A DNA stretch of 64,000 nt from Thermoanaerobaculia bacterium (GCA_048500095.1 JASNYQ010000003.1:77510-141509); one strand, 5' to 3'; positions 50,151 through 63,823 are shown, counted from the first letter of the stretch. Program-made: numbers and translations. Notes: generated by a model not told the origin, from the sequence alone.

Positions 50151-51490
50151 AGGGCCCGCCCCGCCCCGCACTCTCCGCACTCGCGCGGCGGGCGGCGCGG
50201 GCGGTGCGGGCGGTGCGAGAAGCCGGCCGGCTGCTGCGATTCGCCTGGCGTCGCGCCGGCGAGCAGTCGATCGGCGTGCGCGCCTCCGCCCTCGCCTTCA
50301 CCAGCGTCGTCTCCCTGGTGCCGCTGCTCGCCGCCTTCACCTTCGTGGGCGCGCGGGCGTTCGCCGAGTACCAGAGCCAGCTCCAGCGCTTCCTGGTCGA
50401 GATCCTGCCGTACTCCGAGCAGGCGATCCTCGAGACCCTCGATCGCTTCGTCTCGCAGGCCGAGCAGGTGCGCGGCCCCGGCATCGTCGGCTTCGCGGTG
50501 GTGGCGCTCGGCATCCTGCTCGCGGTCGAGGAGACGATCAACCGCACCTGGGAGGCCTCGGCGACGCGCCCGTGGCGGATGCGCCTGCTCTCCTACCTGC
50601 TCGTGCTCCTCTTCGGCCCGCTCCTGATCGGCGGCGCGCTCTCGCTCTGGTTCGTCCTCGAGCGGCAGGCGGGGATCACCGGCATGCCGCTGCGCGGCCT
50701 GCTGCCGCCGTCGGCCACCTTCGCGGGGCTGGCCCTGCTCTACTGGCTCGTCCCCAACACCCGGGTGCGCCTCGCCAGCGCCGCGCTGGGAGCGGCCGCG
50801 GCGACCGCGGCGCTCGAGCTGCTGCGCCGCGGCTTCACGGCCTACTTCGACCTCTTCGGGCGCACCAACCAGCTCGTCTACGGCAGCTACGCGGTGGCCC
50901 TCTTCTTCATGCTCTCGCTGCAGGTGGGCTGGTGGCTGGTGCTCGGCGGCAACGTGCTCGCCTACTGCCACCAGCACCGCCGCGCCATGCTGCGCGGCCC
51001 GGAGAGCGAGCGCCGCTCGCTCGCGAGCGACCCCTGGCTGGCGTTCGCGGCGCTCTCGCTGCTCGCCGAGCGGGCCGGAGAGCCCGGACGGCGGCCGCGG
51101 GAGATCGGCCTCTCCTCGCTCGCCGAGGAGCTCGCGATCTCGCCCGCCCGCCTGCAGCGTGCGCTCGCGCCGCTGGAACGGGCGGGCTGGGTGCGGCGGA
51201 GCCGCTCCTACTCCCCCCGCCTCGCGGCGCCTCCGGAGGTCCTCGCCCGGCCGCTCGCCGACCTCTTCGCGCTCTTCGAGGCCGAGGCGGCCGACGAGCT
51301 GCCGGCGACCGGCGCGCTCGCCGGGATCGCCGCCCTGCGCAGCCGGTTCCTGCGCGAGTGGGCCGCCAGCACGGGGGCCGCCACCCTCGGCGAGGCGATC
51401 CGCGGCCTCCCGCCGGCGAGCCCCGGACCGCCCCTTGCCGGCGCCGAGGGAGCGGGGATAGACTCCGCTCCTCCCGCCGTGGGGCAGTAG
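50147..51490 (+). CDS. YihY/BrkB (virulence factor BrkB / RNase BN-like) family membrane protein with C-terminal HTH-like extension
   Basis: GTG 50147 overlaps the preceding stop (GTGA). ASALAFTSVVSLVPLLA is typical of YihY. 6 TM helices. The last 10 nt overlap the tRNA-Ala gene. Confidence 0.85.
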   Translation: MKGPPRPALSALARRAARAVRAVREAGRLLRFAWRRAGEQSIGVRASALAFTSVVSLVPLLAAFTFVGARAFAEYQSQLQRFLVEILPYSEQAILETLDRFVSQAEQVRGPGIVGFAVVALGILLAVEETINRTWEASATRPWRMRLLSYLLVLLFGPLLIGGALSLWFVLERQAGITGMPLRGLLPPSATFAGLALLYWLVPNTRVRLASAALGAAAATAALELLRRGFTAYFDLFGRTNQLVYGSYAVALFFMLSLQVGWWLVLGGNVLAYCHQHRRAMLRGPESERRSLASDPWLAFAALSLLAERAGEPGRRPREIGLSSLAEELAISPARLQRALAPLERAGWVRRSRSYSPRLAAPPEVLARPLADLFALFEAEAADELPATGALAGIAALRSRFLREWAASTGAATLGEAIRGLPPASPGPPLAGAEGAGIDSAPPAVGQ

Positions 51491-51556
51491 CTCAGCTGGG
51501 AGAGCACCACGTTCGCAACGTGGGGGTCGAGGGTTCGAATCCCTTCTGCTCCACCA
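51481..51556 (+). tRNA. tRNA-Ala (anticodon CGC), CCA encoded
   Basis: Hand-folded cloverleaf. Acceptor ggggcag/ctgctcc with the G3:U70 Ala identity pair. D arm gctc/gagc. Anticodon stem ccacg/cgtgg with loop ttCGCaa. T arm gaggg-ttcgaat-ccctt. Discriminator A plus CCA. Confidence 0.95.
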
Positions 51557-51624
51557 ATGTCTCCTCTTCGAGTCGACGATCCTCCGGGGCTCGGATCCGG
51601 CGGCCGGTGATGGCTGCCGGATAG

Positions 51625-51644
51625 CGACTCCCTTCCGCTCCACC
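51625..51644 (+). repeat. Direct repeat of the tRNA-Ala 3' end (possible att scar)
   Basis: cgactcccttccgctccacc versus tRNA 51536-51555 cgaatcccttctgctccacc: 18/20 identical, 89 nt apart. Confidence 0.45.
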
Positions 51645-51812
51645 GAGAGTCCCTCCGGGACTCCCGTCCTCGGGCGGGGATTCGGATTCTGCGGCCCTGA
51701 ACGGGCCTGGAAGGGCGACCGCCCTCGCGGTTCGCGACTTCCGATCTCACGCGGCTGCGAAGGCTCCAGCTTCGGGGGCGCAGGCCGCTGTGCTACCGTG
51801 CCGCCACCGCGC

Positions 51813-53522
51813 ATGCCCGGAAGGACGCTCTACCGGTTCGCTGGCTTCGAGCTCGATCCGCTCGCGCTCGAGCTGCGGCGAGCGGGAGCGCGGATTCCCG
51901 TGCAGGAGCATCCCCTCCGGCTCCTGCTGGCGCTGCTGCGGCGGCCGGGGGAGGTGGTGCGGCGCGAGGAGCTGGCGGCCGCGCTCTGGTCGCCCGGCAC
52001 CCACGTCGACGCCGAGCACGGCCTCAACACCGCCATCCGCAAGCTCCGGCGTGCGCTCGGCGAGTCGCGGGAGCATCCCGTCCTGCTCGAAACGGCGAAG
52101 CGGCGCGGCTACCGCCTCGCGGCGGAGGTCGAGATCGTGACCCCCGCCTCCGGACCGTCGGTCGCGGTGCTCCCGCTCTCCGGTCCGACCGCGGCCGGGG
52201 AGCACGCCCACCTGGCCGAGGGCCTCGCGGAGGAGCTCGGTCAGACGCTGCGCACGATCCCCGGCCTCCACGTCGCCTCGCACCGCGCCGCGCTGCGCTC
52301 GCGCGACGCGAGGCCGGAGGACGCCGGGCTCGCTCTCGGCGTCCGCCACGTCCTCACCGGGAGGCTCCGGATCGAGGCGGATCGCTGTCGAGTCGGTTGG
52401 CATCTGATCGAGGTGGCGACCGGCCGCGAGGTCTGGACCGGTCGCTTCGAACGGCGTCTCGCCGACCTGCTCGCGCTCGAGGAGGAGATCGCGCGCGAGG
52501 TCGCGCGGTCGGTCGTCGCCCACCTGGTGCCGGAGTCCGGCGTGCCGAGCCCGCAGGCCCGGCGCCCGGCCAGCGTCACCGCCTACGATCTCTACCTGCG
52601 CGCGCGCGCCGCCTGGCGCCTGCGCGGGCACTCGACGCTGCGCGCGATATCGCTGCTCGAGCGAGCCCTCGAGGTCGAGCCCGGCCATCCCCCGGCGCTC
52701 CAGACCCTGGCCGCCTGCTACTACTCCGCGGCGGCGGGGGGCCACCTGCCGTCGTTGGAAGCCGCACACCGCATGGCCTGGGCTGCCCAGCGGAGCCTCG
52801 CCGTCGCGCCCCGGGAGGGTGCCTCGTGGACGGTGGAGGGGATGCGCCGCGAGTGGCTGGAGGGCGCGCCGCGCCGGGCCGAGGAGGCCTACCGCACCGC
52901 CCTCGCGCACGCCCCGGACGACGCGCTGGCCCACGGCTGGCTGGCCCTGCTGCTGGCCTCGCGCGGTCGCTTCGAAGAGGGGATCGCGGCCGCCCGGCAG
53001 GGCCATGCCCTCGACCCGGACGCCCCGTCCACCGCGGCCTATCTCGGCTGGGCGCTCTTCTTCGCGCGCCGTTTCGACGACGCCCTGGCCGTGTGGGAAC
53101 CCGCGCCGGACTTCGCCGTGGCCTGGATCGCGCGCGCCTGGGTCCTGGAGCGCACGGGCCGGCCCGAGGCGGCTCTCGCCGCGCTCGACGAGGCCGTGGC
53201 CACCCACGAGAGCCGCTGGGCACGGCGCGAGCGCGTCCGGATCCTGGCGGTCCTCGGGCGCTCCGAGGAGGCCCGCGCCGCCTTCGACGCCCTGGTCGAG
53301 CTCGGTGCCCTCTTTCCCCCTTTCGAGCGCGGCCTGCTGGCTCTGGCCCGCGGCGACCGCGAGCGGGCGCTCGCCGAGCTCGCCCTCGCCCACGCCGAGC
53401 GCGACCCCTGGACGCGCTTCTGGCGGGTCGACCCGCGCCTCGACGCGCTGCGCGAGGGGCCCGGTTTCCGCCTGCCGAGCCTCAGAGCCGGGGCTCCAGG
53501 TCGAAGAACAGCGAGACCGTGA
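51813..53522 (+). CDS. Winged-helix (OmpR/CadC-type) DNA-binding regulator with C-terminal TPR region
   Basis: YRFAGFELDPLALELRRAGARIPVQEHPLRLLLALLRRPGEVVRREELAAALW...RGYRL (Trans_reg_C), followed by TPR-like repeats. Start at ATG 51813 or GTG 51798. Confidence 0.85.
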   Translation: MPGRTLYRFAGFELDPLALELRRAGARIPVQEHPLRLLLALLRRPGEVVRREELAAALWSPGTHVDAEHGLNTAIRKLRRALGESREHPVLLETAKRRGYRLAAEVEIVTPASGPSVAVLPLSGPTAAGEHAHLAEGLAEELGQTLRTIPGLHVASHRAALRSRDARPEDAGLALGVRHVLTGRLRIEADRCRVGWHLIEVATGREVWTGRFERRLADLLALEEEIAREVARSVVAHLVPESGVPSPQARRPASVTAYDLYLRARAAWRLRGHSTLRAISLLERALEVEPGHPPALQTLAACYYSAAAGGHLPSLEAAHRMAWAAQRSLAVAPREGASWTVEGMRREWLEGAPRRAEEAYRTALAHAPDDALAHGWLALLLASRGRFEEGIAAARQGHALDPDAPSTAAYLGWALFFARRFDDALAVWEPAPDFAVAWIARAWVLERTGRPEAALAALDEAVATHESRWARRERVRILAVLGRSEEARAAFDALVELGALFPPFERGLLALARGDRERALAELALAHAERDPWTRFWRVDPRLDALREGPGFRLPSLRAGAPGRRTARP

Positions 53523-53651
53523 CCTCGGGAGCCGACGCGGTGCCCCGGCGCGGCCGGGCTCCGAGAGCCCGCGTCGCCGCTGCCCGCGGAGGACGCGACG
53601 GCGAACGCTGTCGAAATCACCCCCGCGCGAGAGGCGGGAGGCGCATCGCGA

Positions 53652-54248
53652 TCAGCTGCCGGGAGTCGAGTCGACCAGGTCGTATTCGACCTGGAGCTCC
53701 AGCGGCGGCAGCGTCTCCGGGTGGCGGACGATGAGGATCGTTCCAGTTCCCCGGATGGCGAGCTCGGCCCCACCCGTAGGTTCGGGCAGACGCATCCGCC
53801 GGGCGACGAGCGCCGAGTTGGGCGGCACGCAGCTCGCCGCGAAGGACCAGTCCGAGACGCTCCAGTCGCAATAGGGATAGAGATCGAGGTCGAGGTAGCC
53901 GCCGCCCGCACCGACCACGCGGGCGCTGCAGCCGGTGCCCGCCACGTTGAGGAAGGCCGAGCTGTAGTAGGTCCCGACCCAGGATCCGTCGCCGGCCCGC
54001 TCGAGCCCCACCTCCAGCTGGAACCGGGAGCCGGCCTGTTCGGCGAGCCGGTCGCCGACGCAGTCGCCGGTCGGACCGGCGCCGAGGATCGTGACCGGCC
54101 CCACGAAGCCGCCATACGTCGGCGCTGGCGGTGCCACCGGCGGCACCGGCGGGGCGGTGGGGCTGAGGCGGACCGAGTCGCGGTCACACGCGCAGACCAG
54201 AATGGCAACTGCCACGAGCATCGAGAGTCGATGGTGCCTGCCGATCAT
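53652..54248 (-). CDS. Hypothetical secreted protein / lipoprotein
   Basis: 198 aa from ATG 54248. Signal sequence MIGRHHRLSMLVAVAILVCAC with a lipobox-like VCAC. Confidence 0.55.
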   Translation of the reverse strand: MIGRHHRLSMLVAVAILVCACDRDSVRLSPTAPPVPPVAPPAPTYGGFVGPVTILGAGPTGDCVGDRLAEQAGSRFQLEVGLERAGDGSWVGTYYSSAFLNVAGTGCSARVVGAGGGYLDLDLYPYCDWSVSDWSFAASCVPPNSALVARRMRLPEPTGGAELAIRGTGTILIVRHPETLPPLELQVEYDLVDSTPGS

Positions 54249-54345
54249 GAGAACCCCCTTTCGATGTCGGGGGAGTGTAGGGGGCCGCGGGCCGCGTGGA
54301 GCGGCCGCGAAGGTGAACCGGAGGTGAACCGTGGCGGGGCGCCGC

Positions 54346-55737
54346 TCAGCCGGCCGGCGGGATGTTGGCGTTGATCCGGAAGAGGTTGTCGGGATCGTAC
54401 CGGCGCTTGATGGCGCGCAGGCGGTCGTGCTTGGCTTCACCGAAGGCGCGGCGCACGTCCGCGGCGCCGCTCTCGCCGAGGAAGTTGAGGTAGGTGCGAT
54501 CGGTGGCCAGCGAGGAGAGGCGCGCCCGCCCCTCGCGCGCCCAGTCGCGCGCCCGCTCGTCGTCGGCCGGGTCGGTCCAGGTGGCGATCAGGTGAACGAC
54601 CCAGGCGGCGTCGCGGCCGGCGTAGGCGGTCGCGATCTCCTCGACGCGCGCGACCGCGCCGCCCAGCTGGTGGAGGTGGATCTGGCAGAGCGGGGTCGGG
54701 CGCCGCGCCGCGAGATCGCAGAGCAGGTCGATCTCCGCCTCCGAGAGCGCCGCGAGGTTGACGCCGAGGCCGTACTGGCGAAGCCCGCGGGGCGCTCCCG
54801 CGTCGAACATCCGCTGCTGCTCGACGTAGGGCTGGCGGCGCACGAGGTCGGCGAGCGGAGCCGCCAGCTCGCACAGCGGCCGCACGCGCGCCTCGGCCTC
54901 GTCCGCTCGGCCGATGTCGCAGACCGCGAGCGCCAGCGCCGGCGCGAAGTGCAGGCTCGCGGCCAGGAAGGGCAACGGCGGCACGCTCACGAACGCGGCC
55001 AGCGCCGAGGTCTGGTCCGGCATCGCGGCGCCGAGCTCGGCGAGCCGTCTCAGCACCCGCCCGGCCGCAGCGACCGGGTAGAGCACCATGCCGCCGAGCA
55101 CCTCGCCCGCCGCGGGCAGCGCGCCGAGGCGGAAGTCGAAGCGCGTGACGACGCCGAAGTTGCCGCCGCCGCCGCGCAGGGCCCAGAGGAGCTCCGGCTC
55201 CTCCCGCTCGTCGGTGCGGACCACACGGCCGTCGGCCAGCACCACCTCGGCGCCGGTCATCTGGTCGCAGGCGAGCCCGTAGGCGCGGGAGAGCCACCCG
55301 ATGCCCCCGCCCAGGGTGAGACCGCCGACGCCCGTGGTCGAGACGAGACCGCCGGGGACTGCGAGCGCGTGGGGAGCGGTCGCCGCGTCCAGCGCCCCCC
55401 AGGTCGCGCCGCCGCCGACCGCGGCGCGGCGCTCCCTCTCGTCGACGCGGACCTCGCCGAGCGGCCCGAGGTCCACCACGACGCCGCCGTCGCAGGTGCC
55501 GTAGCCGGGGAACGAGTGTCCGCCGCCGCGCACCGCGAGCGGCAGGCCGCTGTCGCGGGCGAACCGGACGGCGGCCGCGACCTCCGCGGCGGAGGCGCAG
55601 CGCAGGATCCACTCGGGACTGCGGTCGTGCCAGCCGTTCCAGACGCGACGGCTGGTCTCGTAGCCGGTGTCGCCCCGGCCGATCGGCGGAAGCCGGAAGC
55701 CCCCCGGGGGGCGGAGGGAACGCGGAGCCGAGCTCAC
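54346..55737 (-). CDS. FAD-linked oxidase with berberine-bridge-enzyme-like C-terminus
   Basis: GTG start at 55737 inferred. FAD_binding_4 motifs (LAVRGGGHS, GGLTLGGGIGWLSRAYG, LWALRGGGGNFGVVT) and a BBE tail RRYDPDNLFRINANI. The upstream part of track ORF 54346..57339 was rejected. Confidence 0.88.
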   Translation of the reverse strand: MSSAPRSLRPPGGFRLPPIGRGDTGYETSRRVWNGWHDRSPEWILRCASAAEVAAAVRFARDSGLPLAVRGGGHSFPGYGTCDGGVVVDLGPLGEVRVDERERRAAVGGGATWGALDAATAPHALAVPGGLVSTTGVGGLTLGGGIGWLSRAYGLACDQMTGAEVVLADGRVVRTDEREEPELLWALRGGGGNFGVVTRFDFRLGALPAAGEVLGGMVLYPVAAAGRVLRRLAELGAAMPDQTSALAAFVSVPPLPFLAASLHFAPALALAVCDIGRADEAEARVRPLCELAAPLADLVRRQPYVEQQRMFDAGAPRGLRQYGLGVNLAALSEAEIDLLCDLAARRPTPLCQIHLHQLGGAVARVEEIATAYAGRDAAWVVHLIATWTDPADDERARDWAREGRARLSSLATDRTYLNFLGESGAADVRRAFGEAKHDRLRAIKRRYDPDNLFRINANIPPAG

Positions 55738-55898
55738 GCGGCGGCTCCGGGTCGAGCGACGTCCTGGGGTGTCTGCATGGGACCCCTCCGCGATGCTCTG
55801 TGCCCGTGTGGTGCGGCGGGATCCTAGCAGGGACGTCGCGCGCGCGGGCGATGCCGCTGGTGAGAACCGCTCTCCCCGCCGCGAAACCGTCCCGCCCG

Positions 55899-57541
55899 CT
55901 ACGGCACCTCGACCGCGCCGGGGGTGCAGGGGACGGGGCGGGGGCGGCCGGTCTGGTCGGTGGGCAGGCAGGAGGCGCTCGCGGCGCCGGCGACGGCCGG
56001 GCTCCGGGGGCGGATCGTCGGCGTGGCGCCGGCGTCGTGAGCGAGGCGGGCGAGCAGCGGGTCGAGGAAGACTGTCTCGCCGCCGCCGACACAGGCGAGC
56101 TCGCTCTGGCCGCCGGCGTTCGTTTGGGGCCACTGGATCGCGTCGGCGCCGGCGTGGCTGCGGTTGCAGCTCGTGTTCTCCCAGACGAAGACCTTGAGGT
56201 TGTCGGCGACGAGGCTGTTGACGATCGCGAGCGAATCGCCGCCGGCCAGCGCGCTCGCGAACGAGGCGGAGCCGAGGTTGGCGTTGCCGGCCAGCGTCAC
56301 GTGGTGGAGCGTGCCGGTGATCGCGGCGGCGACGGCCATGCCGGCGCCGAGCCCGGTGCGCGCGACGTTGCCCGCCACCGTGCTGTTGGTCATCGCGAGC
56401 GTCTGGCTCCCCGGGTTGGTGGCGACGAAGATCCCTCCCGTGCTCGACGCGACGTTGCGGGCGATCGTCGAGCGGTCGATCGTGAGCTGCAGCCCCTGGA
56501 GATAGAGCCCGCCGGCCTGGCTGTCGGGTCCGTCCGGGATCCGGTTGCCGTAGACGAGAGAGCGGTCGATCGCCATCGGCCCCACGCCGTTGTTCGAGAC
56601 GCGGAACAGTCCGCCGCCGCGGGCGTTGGCGGCGTTGGCGACGAGGCGGGTGCCGCAGAGCGCGACGCTCTGGTCGTTGCCGTCGACGTAGATCGCCCCG
56701 CCGTTGCCGCCGTTGCCCGGGTTGCCGCCGCTGCCGGTGGCGGCGTTGTGGGCGAGGACGCTGTTGACGACCGTGAGGTGGTTGCCGTCGACGCCGAGCG
56801 CCCCGAGGGCGCCGCCGCTGCTGCAGCGGTTGCCGAGAAAGGTGCTGCCGACGATCGTGGTCGTCCCGACGCCGAACGAGTAGATCGCTCCGCCCGCGAC
56901 GTCCTGGCCGGTCGCGGGGCCGACGTTGTTCTCGAAGCGGCAGCCGATGACCTCGAGGTGGCCGCCGCTCGCCCGGTAGACCGCCGCTCCGCCGCTCGCC
57001 GTCGTCGTGCCGGGGAGGTCGCCAGTGAAGCCGTCGCGCAGGGCGAGCTGCTGGAGGGTGAGCGTGGGCAGCCCTGCGCCCGGGCGGAAGCCGAGGATGC
57101 GGGTCGTGCCGCCCCCGGAGAGCGCGATCGTGCCGCCGCCGTCGAGCACGAGACCCGACGTCACCGTCTTCTCGCCGGTGACCACGATGGTGTGCGGCGC
57201 CGCGCCGCAGTCGAAACGGATCTGGCCGTTGTGCGAGGCGAGCGCCAGGTCGAGCGCCGCCTCGTCGCAGCTGCCGGGCGTGCCGTCGCCGACCACGGTC
57301 GCCCCCTGCGTGTCCACGGAAGCGAGCGGCACCGCGCACGGCGCGAAGGGCGGGTAGCCGGTCGAGTGCGGATCCCAGGCGACGATGCTCCCGGCCTCGA
57401 AGGCGTCGGCGAAGACCGCGGCGGGGAGCCCCGCCTGGGCGGCGAGCGCAGTGGCGCTGCCGCCGAGGAGGAGCGCGGCGACGATGCGAGCGGCGCCGCG
57501 CGTTGCGCGCTCGCGGTACCAGCCGGCCAACCCTGCTCTCG

Positions 57542-57545
<4 letters not shown>
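55899..57545 (-). CDS. Secreted right-handed parallel beta-helix repeat protein (Pmp/choice-of-anchor-Q-like)
   Basis: 548 aa with a signal peptide. Repeated GGAxY / N-x-A/G-x-GGG segments (GGAVYRASGGHLEVIGCRFENN, GGAIYSFG, GGAIYVDG). The ATG overlaps the czcA stop (ATGA, 57542-57545). Confidence 0.8.
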
Positions 57546-60739
<3,194 letters not shown>

Positions 60740-60746
60740 GGCGGCC

Positions 60747-61997
60747 TCAGTGACCGTGCCCGCCGCCCAGCTCTTCGCGGGCGAGCTCCGACTTCACGAA
60801 GAAGGCGCCGTCGACGACGACCGGCTCACCGGCGGCGACGCCCTCGAGCACCTCGACGAAGCCCTCGCCGCGGCGGCCGAGCTTCACAGTGCGCGGCTCG
60901 AACCGTCCCTCACCGAGCGCCACGAAGACGACCGAGCGAGCGCCGTCTCGTTGCACCGCCGCCTCGGGGACGGCGATCCCTTCGACGGGACCCGGCGATT
61001 CGGCGGAGGCGTGGGGATCGAAGATGCGTACCCGCGCGAACATCCCCGGCCGCAGGCGCCCGTCCGGATTCGGCACCTCGATCCTCGCCCGAGCCGTGCG
61101 CGTCTCGATCTGGACGCTACTGCCGAGATAGACCACCTCGCCTGTGAAAGGGGTGCCAGGATGGGCGTCGACCTCGACCGTGACCTCGTCGCCGAGGTGT
61201 ACGCGAGCGAGGTCGCGCTCGTAGACGTCGATCCAGACCCAGAGGCGCGACAGGTCCGCGACCTGGAAGAGCTGACTCTGCGGCTCGACCATCTCGCCAC
61301 GCGTCACCTCCTTGGCGACGATCGTGCCGGCGAACGGGGCGCGAACCTCGTAGATGGAGACGCGTGGCTGGTCGTAGTCGAGCTTCGCGACCTCGTCGTT
61401 GGACAGTCCGAGCAGGTGCAGCCGCTCCTCGGCGCCGCGCAGCGCCGCGTCGGCTTCGCGGGACGCGGCGCGGGCACCGAGCATCTCCTGCTCCGAGGAG
61501 ACCCGCTCGCGGAAGAGCCGCTCCTCGCGCGCCAACGTCTCGCGCGCCAGCTCGGCCCGCGCGCGGCTCTGCAGGTAGTCGCCGACCGCCTGGCCGAGCT
61601 CGATCGAGTCGATGCGCGCGAGCAGCTCTCCGGTCCGGACCCGGTCACCGAGCTCGACGGGGACGGATTCCACCCGGCCGCCGACGCGGGGGCTCACGTG
61701 GGCGAAGCGCCGCTGGTCGAAGTCCACCGCGCCGGTGGTCTCGAGCTCGGCACGCAGCGGTCGGCGCTCCGCGGGTGCGGTGACGATGCCGGCGGCCGCG
61801 ACGGCCTCGGGCGAGAGCGCGACGGCCTCGCCCACCTCGGGACCGTCCTCGTCGTGCTCTCCCTCGTGGCTCTCGGTTCCGGTCCCGGAATCGTCCGCGG
61901 CGGAGTCTGCCGAAGGGCCGCGTCCGCCGCAGGCGGCGAGCGCCAGGAGTACCAGCAGGGGAAGGGTCAGGGCGGGAAGGCGAAGCGCAGCGTTCAT
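60747..61997 (-). CDS. Efflux RND periplasmic adaptor subunit (CzcB-like)
   Basis: 416 aa. Lipoprotein-like signal (LLALAACGG), HlyD_D23/beta-barrel pattern, and a C-terminal GGGHGH. Confidence 0.9.
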   Translation of the reverse strand: MNAALRLPALTLPLLVLLALAACGGRGPSADSAADDSGTGTESHEGEHDEDGPEVGEAVALSPEAVAAAGIVTAPAERRPLRAELETTGAVDFDQRRFAHVSPRVGGRVESVPVELGDRVRTGELLARIDSIELGQAVGDYLQSRARAELARETLAREERLFRERVSSEQEMLGARAASREADAALRGAEERLHLLGLSNDEVAKLDYDQPRVSIYEVRAPFAGTIVAKEVTRGEMVEPQSQLFQVADLSRLWVWIDVYERDLARVHLGDEVTVEVDAHPGTPFTGEVVYLGSSVQIETRTARARIEVPNPDGRLRPGMFARVRIFDPHASAESPGPVEGIAVPEAAVQRDGARSVVFVALGEGRFEPRTVKLGRRGEGFVEVLEGVAAGEPVVVDGAFFVKSELAREELGGGHGH

Positions 61998-63355
61998 CGT
62001 GAGCTCTCCGGGGAACGGGTACGGCCGGTGTCGGGAGGGACGGGGGTGGTGCCGGTGGCCAGATCGAGCTCGATCCGCGCCAGCCAGGCGTCGGCGGCGG
62101 CCTCGATCAGCTCGCGGCGGCTGTCGATCAGCTCACGCCGGAAGACCAGGACCTCGCTGCCGCGCAACTTCCCGGCCGCGAGACCACGCTGGACGAGGTC
62201 GAGGTTCTCCTCGAGGGTTCCGGCGACCGTCTGGAGAAAGACCGCTAGGGCCCGGGAAGTCGCCTCGGCCCGACTCCACGCGGCGGTGACTTCGCGGCGC
62301 ACGGCGAGCTCGGCTCCGGCGAGCTGGGCGGACAGCACACCCTCTTCCGCACGCGCGGTGGCGATGCCGCCCTGGTTGCGTTGGAAGAGTGGAATCGCGA
62401 AGCCCGCGCGCACGGTGTCGAGGTCTTCGCGATCGGCCTCGCGGCCCTTCGCCAGCCCGATCACCAGGTTCGGAGTCGCCAGCGAGCGCTCGAGGCGAAT
62501 GCGGGAGGTCGCCGCCTCGACCTCGGCGCGCAGGGCGAGCAGGTCGCTTCGCTGGTCGAGCGCGAGGCGCTCGAGCTCCGCGAGCGCCGCTGGCGCTGGC
62601 CAGGCATCCGGGAGCCTCCCGGCCGCGGCCGGGAGGTCCGACACGGGGAGCGCCACGACCTCGGCCAGGGACGCACGAGCCGCCGCTTCGTCGGCGAGGG
62701 CGAGGGCCACGCGACGTGCCGCGCGACCTTCCGCGGCGCGCGTGACGTTGAGGTCGATCAGCGTGCCGGCGCCGGCATCGAATCGACGCTGCTCGAAGGC
62801 CGCGAGCTCCGTGGCGACCTCGCGCTCGAACGCGGCGAGTGCCGCGAGCTCGCGAGCACGCAACACCGCTGCGAAGGCCGATGTCACTCCCGCCGCCAGC
62901 TCCTGGCGCGATCGGGTGAAGGCTGCGCGTGCCGCCTCGGCGGCGGCATTCGCGGCCGCCACCCGCTTGCCGCGCTGGCCCGCGATCTCGATCTCCTGCG
63001 AGAGGGCGATCTCGCGGTCGGAGGTGCGCGCGGCGCCGTCGTCCCGCGAGGCGCGCTCGGTTTCGAGAACGGGGTTGAAGGGGTAGGTGCGGGCGCCGAG
63101 GAGGGCGCCCTCCGCGAGCGCGACGCGCGCGGCGCTCTCGCGAAGGAGGGGACTGCGCTCGAGGGCCAGCGCCAGGGCCTGCTCGAGCGTGATCGCGTCG
63201 GCGCCTTTCGGCGGCGGAGCGGGAGGCTGCGCGGGGAGCGGCGCCGGCAGCGACACCGCCAGCGACACCGCCAGCGATGCCGCCATCGAGATGGGGGCGA
63301 AGAGGCCCGCGGTAAGGCGCCGGCAGGACCGGCGCGGGGCGGCGGCTGGAATCAA
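61994..63355 (-). CDS. TolC-family outer membrane efflux protein (CzcC-like)
   Basis: 453 aa with two OEP repeats. 4-nt overlap with the adaptor gene. Confidence 0.87.
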   Translation of the reverse strand: MIPAAAPRRSCRRLTAGLFAPISMAASLAVSLAVSLPAPLPAQPPAPPPKGADAITLEQALALALERSPLLRESAARVALAEGALLGARTYPFNPVLETERASRDDGAARTSDREIALSQEIEIAGQRGKRVAAANAAAEAARAAFTRSRQELAAGVTSAFAAVLRARELAALAAFEREVATELAAFEQRRFDAGAGTLIDLNVTRAAEGRAARRVALALADEAAARASLAEVVALPVSDLPAAAGRLPDAWPAPAALAELERLALDQRSDLLALRAEVEAATSRIRLERSLATPNLVIGLAKGREADREDLDTVRAGFAIPLFQRNQGGIATARAEEGVLSAQLAGAELAVRREVTAAWSRAEATSRALAVFLQTVAGTLEENLDLVQRGLAAGKLRGSEVLVFRRELIDSRRELIEAAADAWLARIELDLATGTTPVPPDTGRTRSPESSR

Positions 63356-63493
63356 GGTGCGATCTCCGGAGAGGGCCGCGCGCGCGGCCGGGGCATGCGC
63401 GCGGCGCTGCCGGCAGGGGCGAGGGCTCAGCGCACGGCGCCGACACCCCGGCCTGGGGAGACCCCCGGGCCCCTGCGGGTCGCTGGCCGGAGA

Positions 63494-63823
63494 TCAGGTG
63501 CGGGGAGGGCGCCGGGTGCCGGGGAGATCGACGTCGAGCGGGCGGGGCGCGAGCCGCGCGGGATCGAGATCCCGGGTGGGCGCGCCCGTGAGCCGGACGG
63601 CCAGGGAGAGGACGCCCGTGACCTGCGCGCAGCAGGAGCAGAGATGGAACGATCCGTTGCAGCCGTGCTCCGCCCCGGGGGCCCCGTGCCCGTGTCCGGT
63701 GCCCGCCGCGTGCGCCGCATGGCCGAAGCCGACGAGGTGCACCGCGTTCTCGATCGCCTCGCCCGCGCCCGGGAAGAGCGCGAGCAGAAGCACGATCGCG
63801 GCGAGAGTGCGGACCCAGCTCAC
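63494..63823 (-). CDS. Small secreted His/Cys-rich protein upstream of czcCBA (candidate periplasmic metal-binding or regulatory protein)
   Basis: GTG 63823 gives VSWVRTLAAIVLLLALFPGAGEA (signal), then HLVGFGHAAHAAGTGHGHGAPGAEHGCNGSFHLCSCCAQV. The alternative upstream start is at 63865. Confidence 0.5.
   Translation of the reverse strand: MSWVRTLAAIVLLLALFPGAGEAIENAVHLVGFGHAAHAAGTGHGHGAPGAEHGCNGSFHLCSCCAQVTGVLSLAVRLTGAPTRDLDPARLAPRPLDVDLPGTRRPPRT

Noticed and set aside
51481-51556. First reading of the tRNA as tRNA-Cys (GCA)
   Set aside because: Re-folding puts positions 34-36 at CGC within the loop ttCGCaa. The acceptor stem carries the G3:U70 alanine identity pair, so the gene is tRNA-Ala(CGC).
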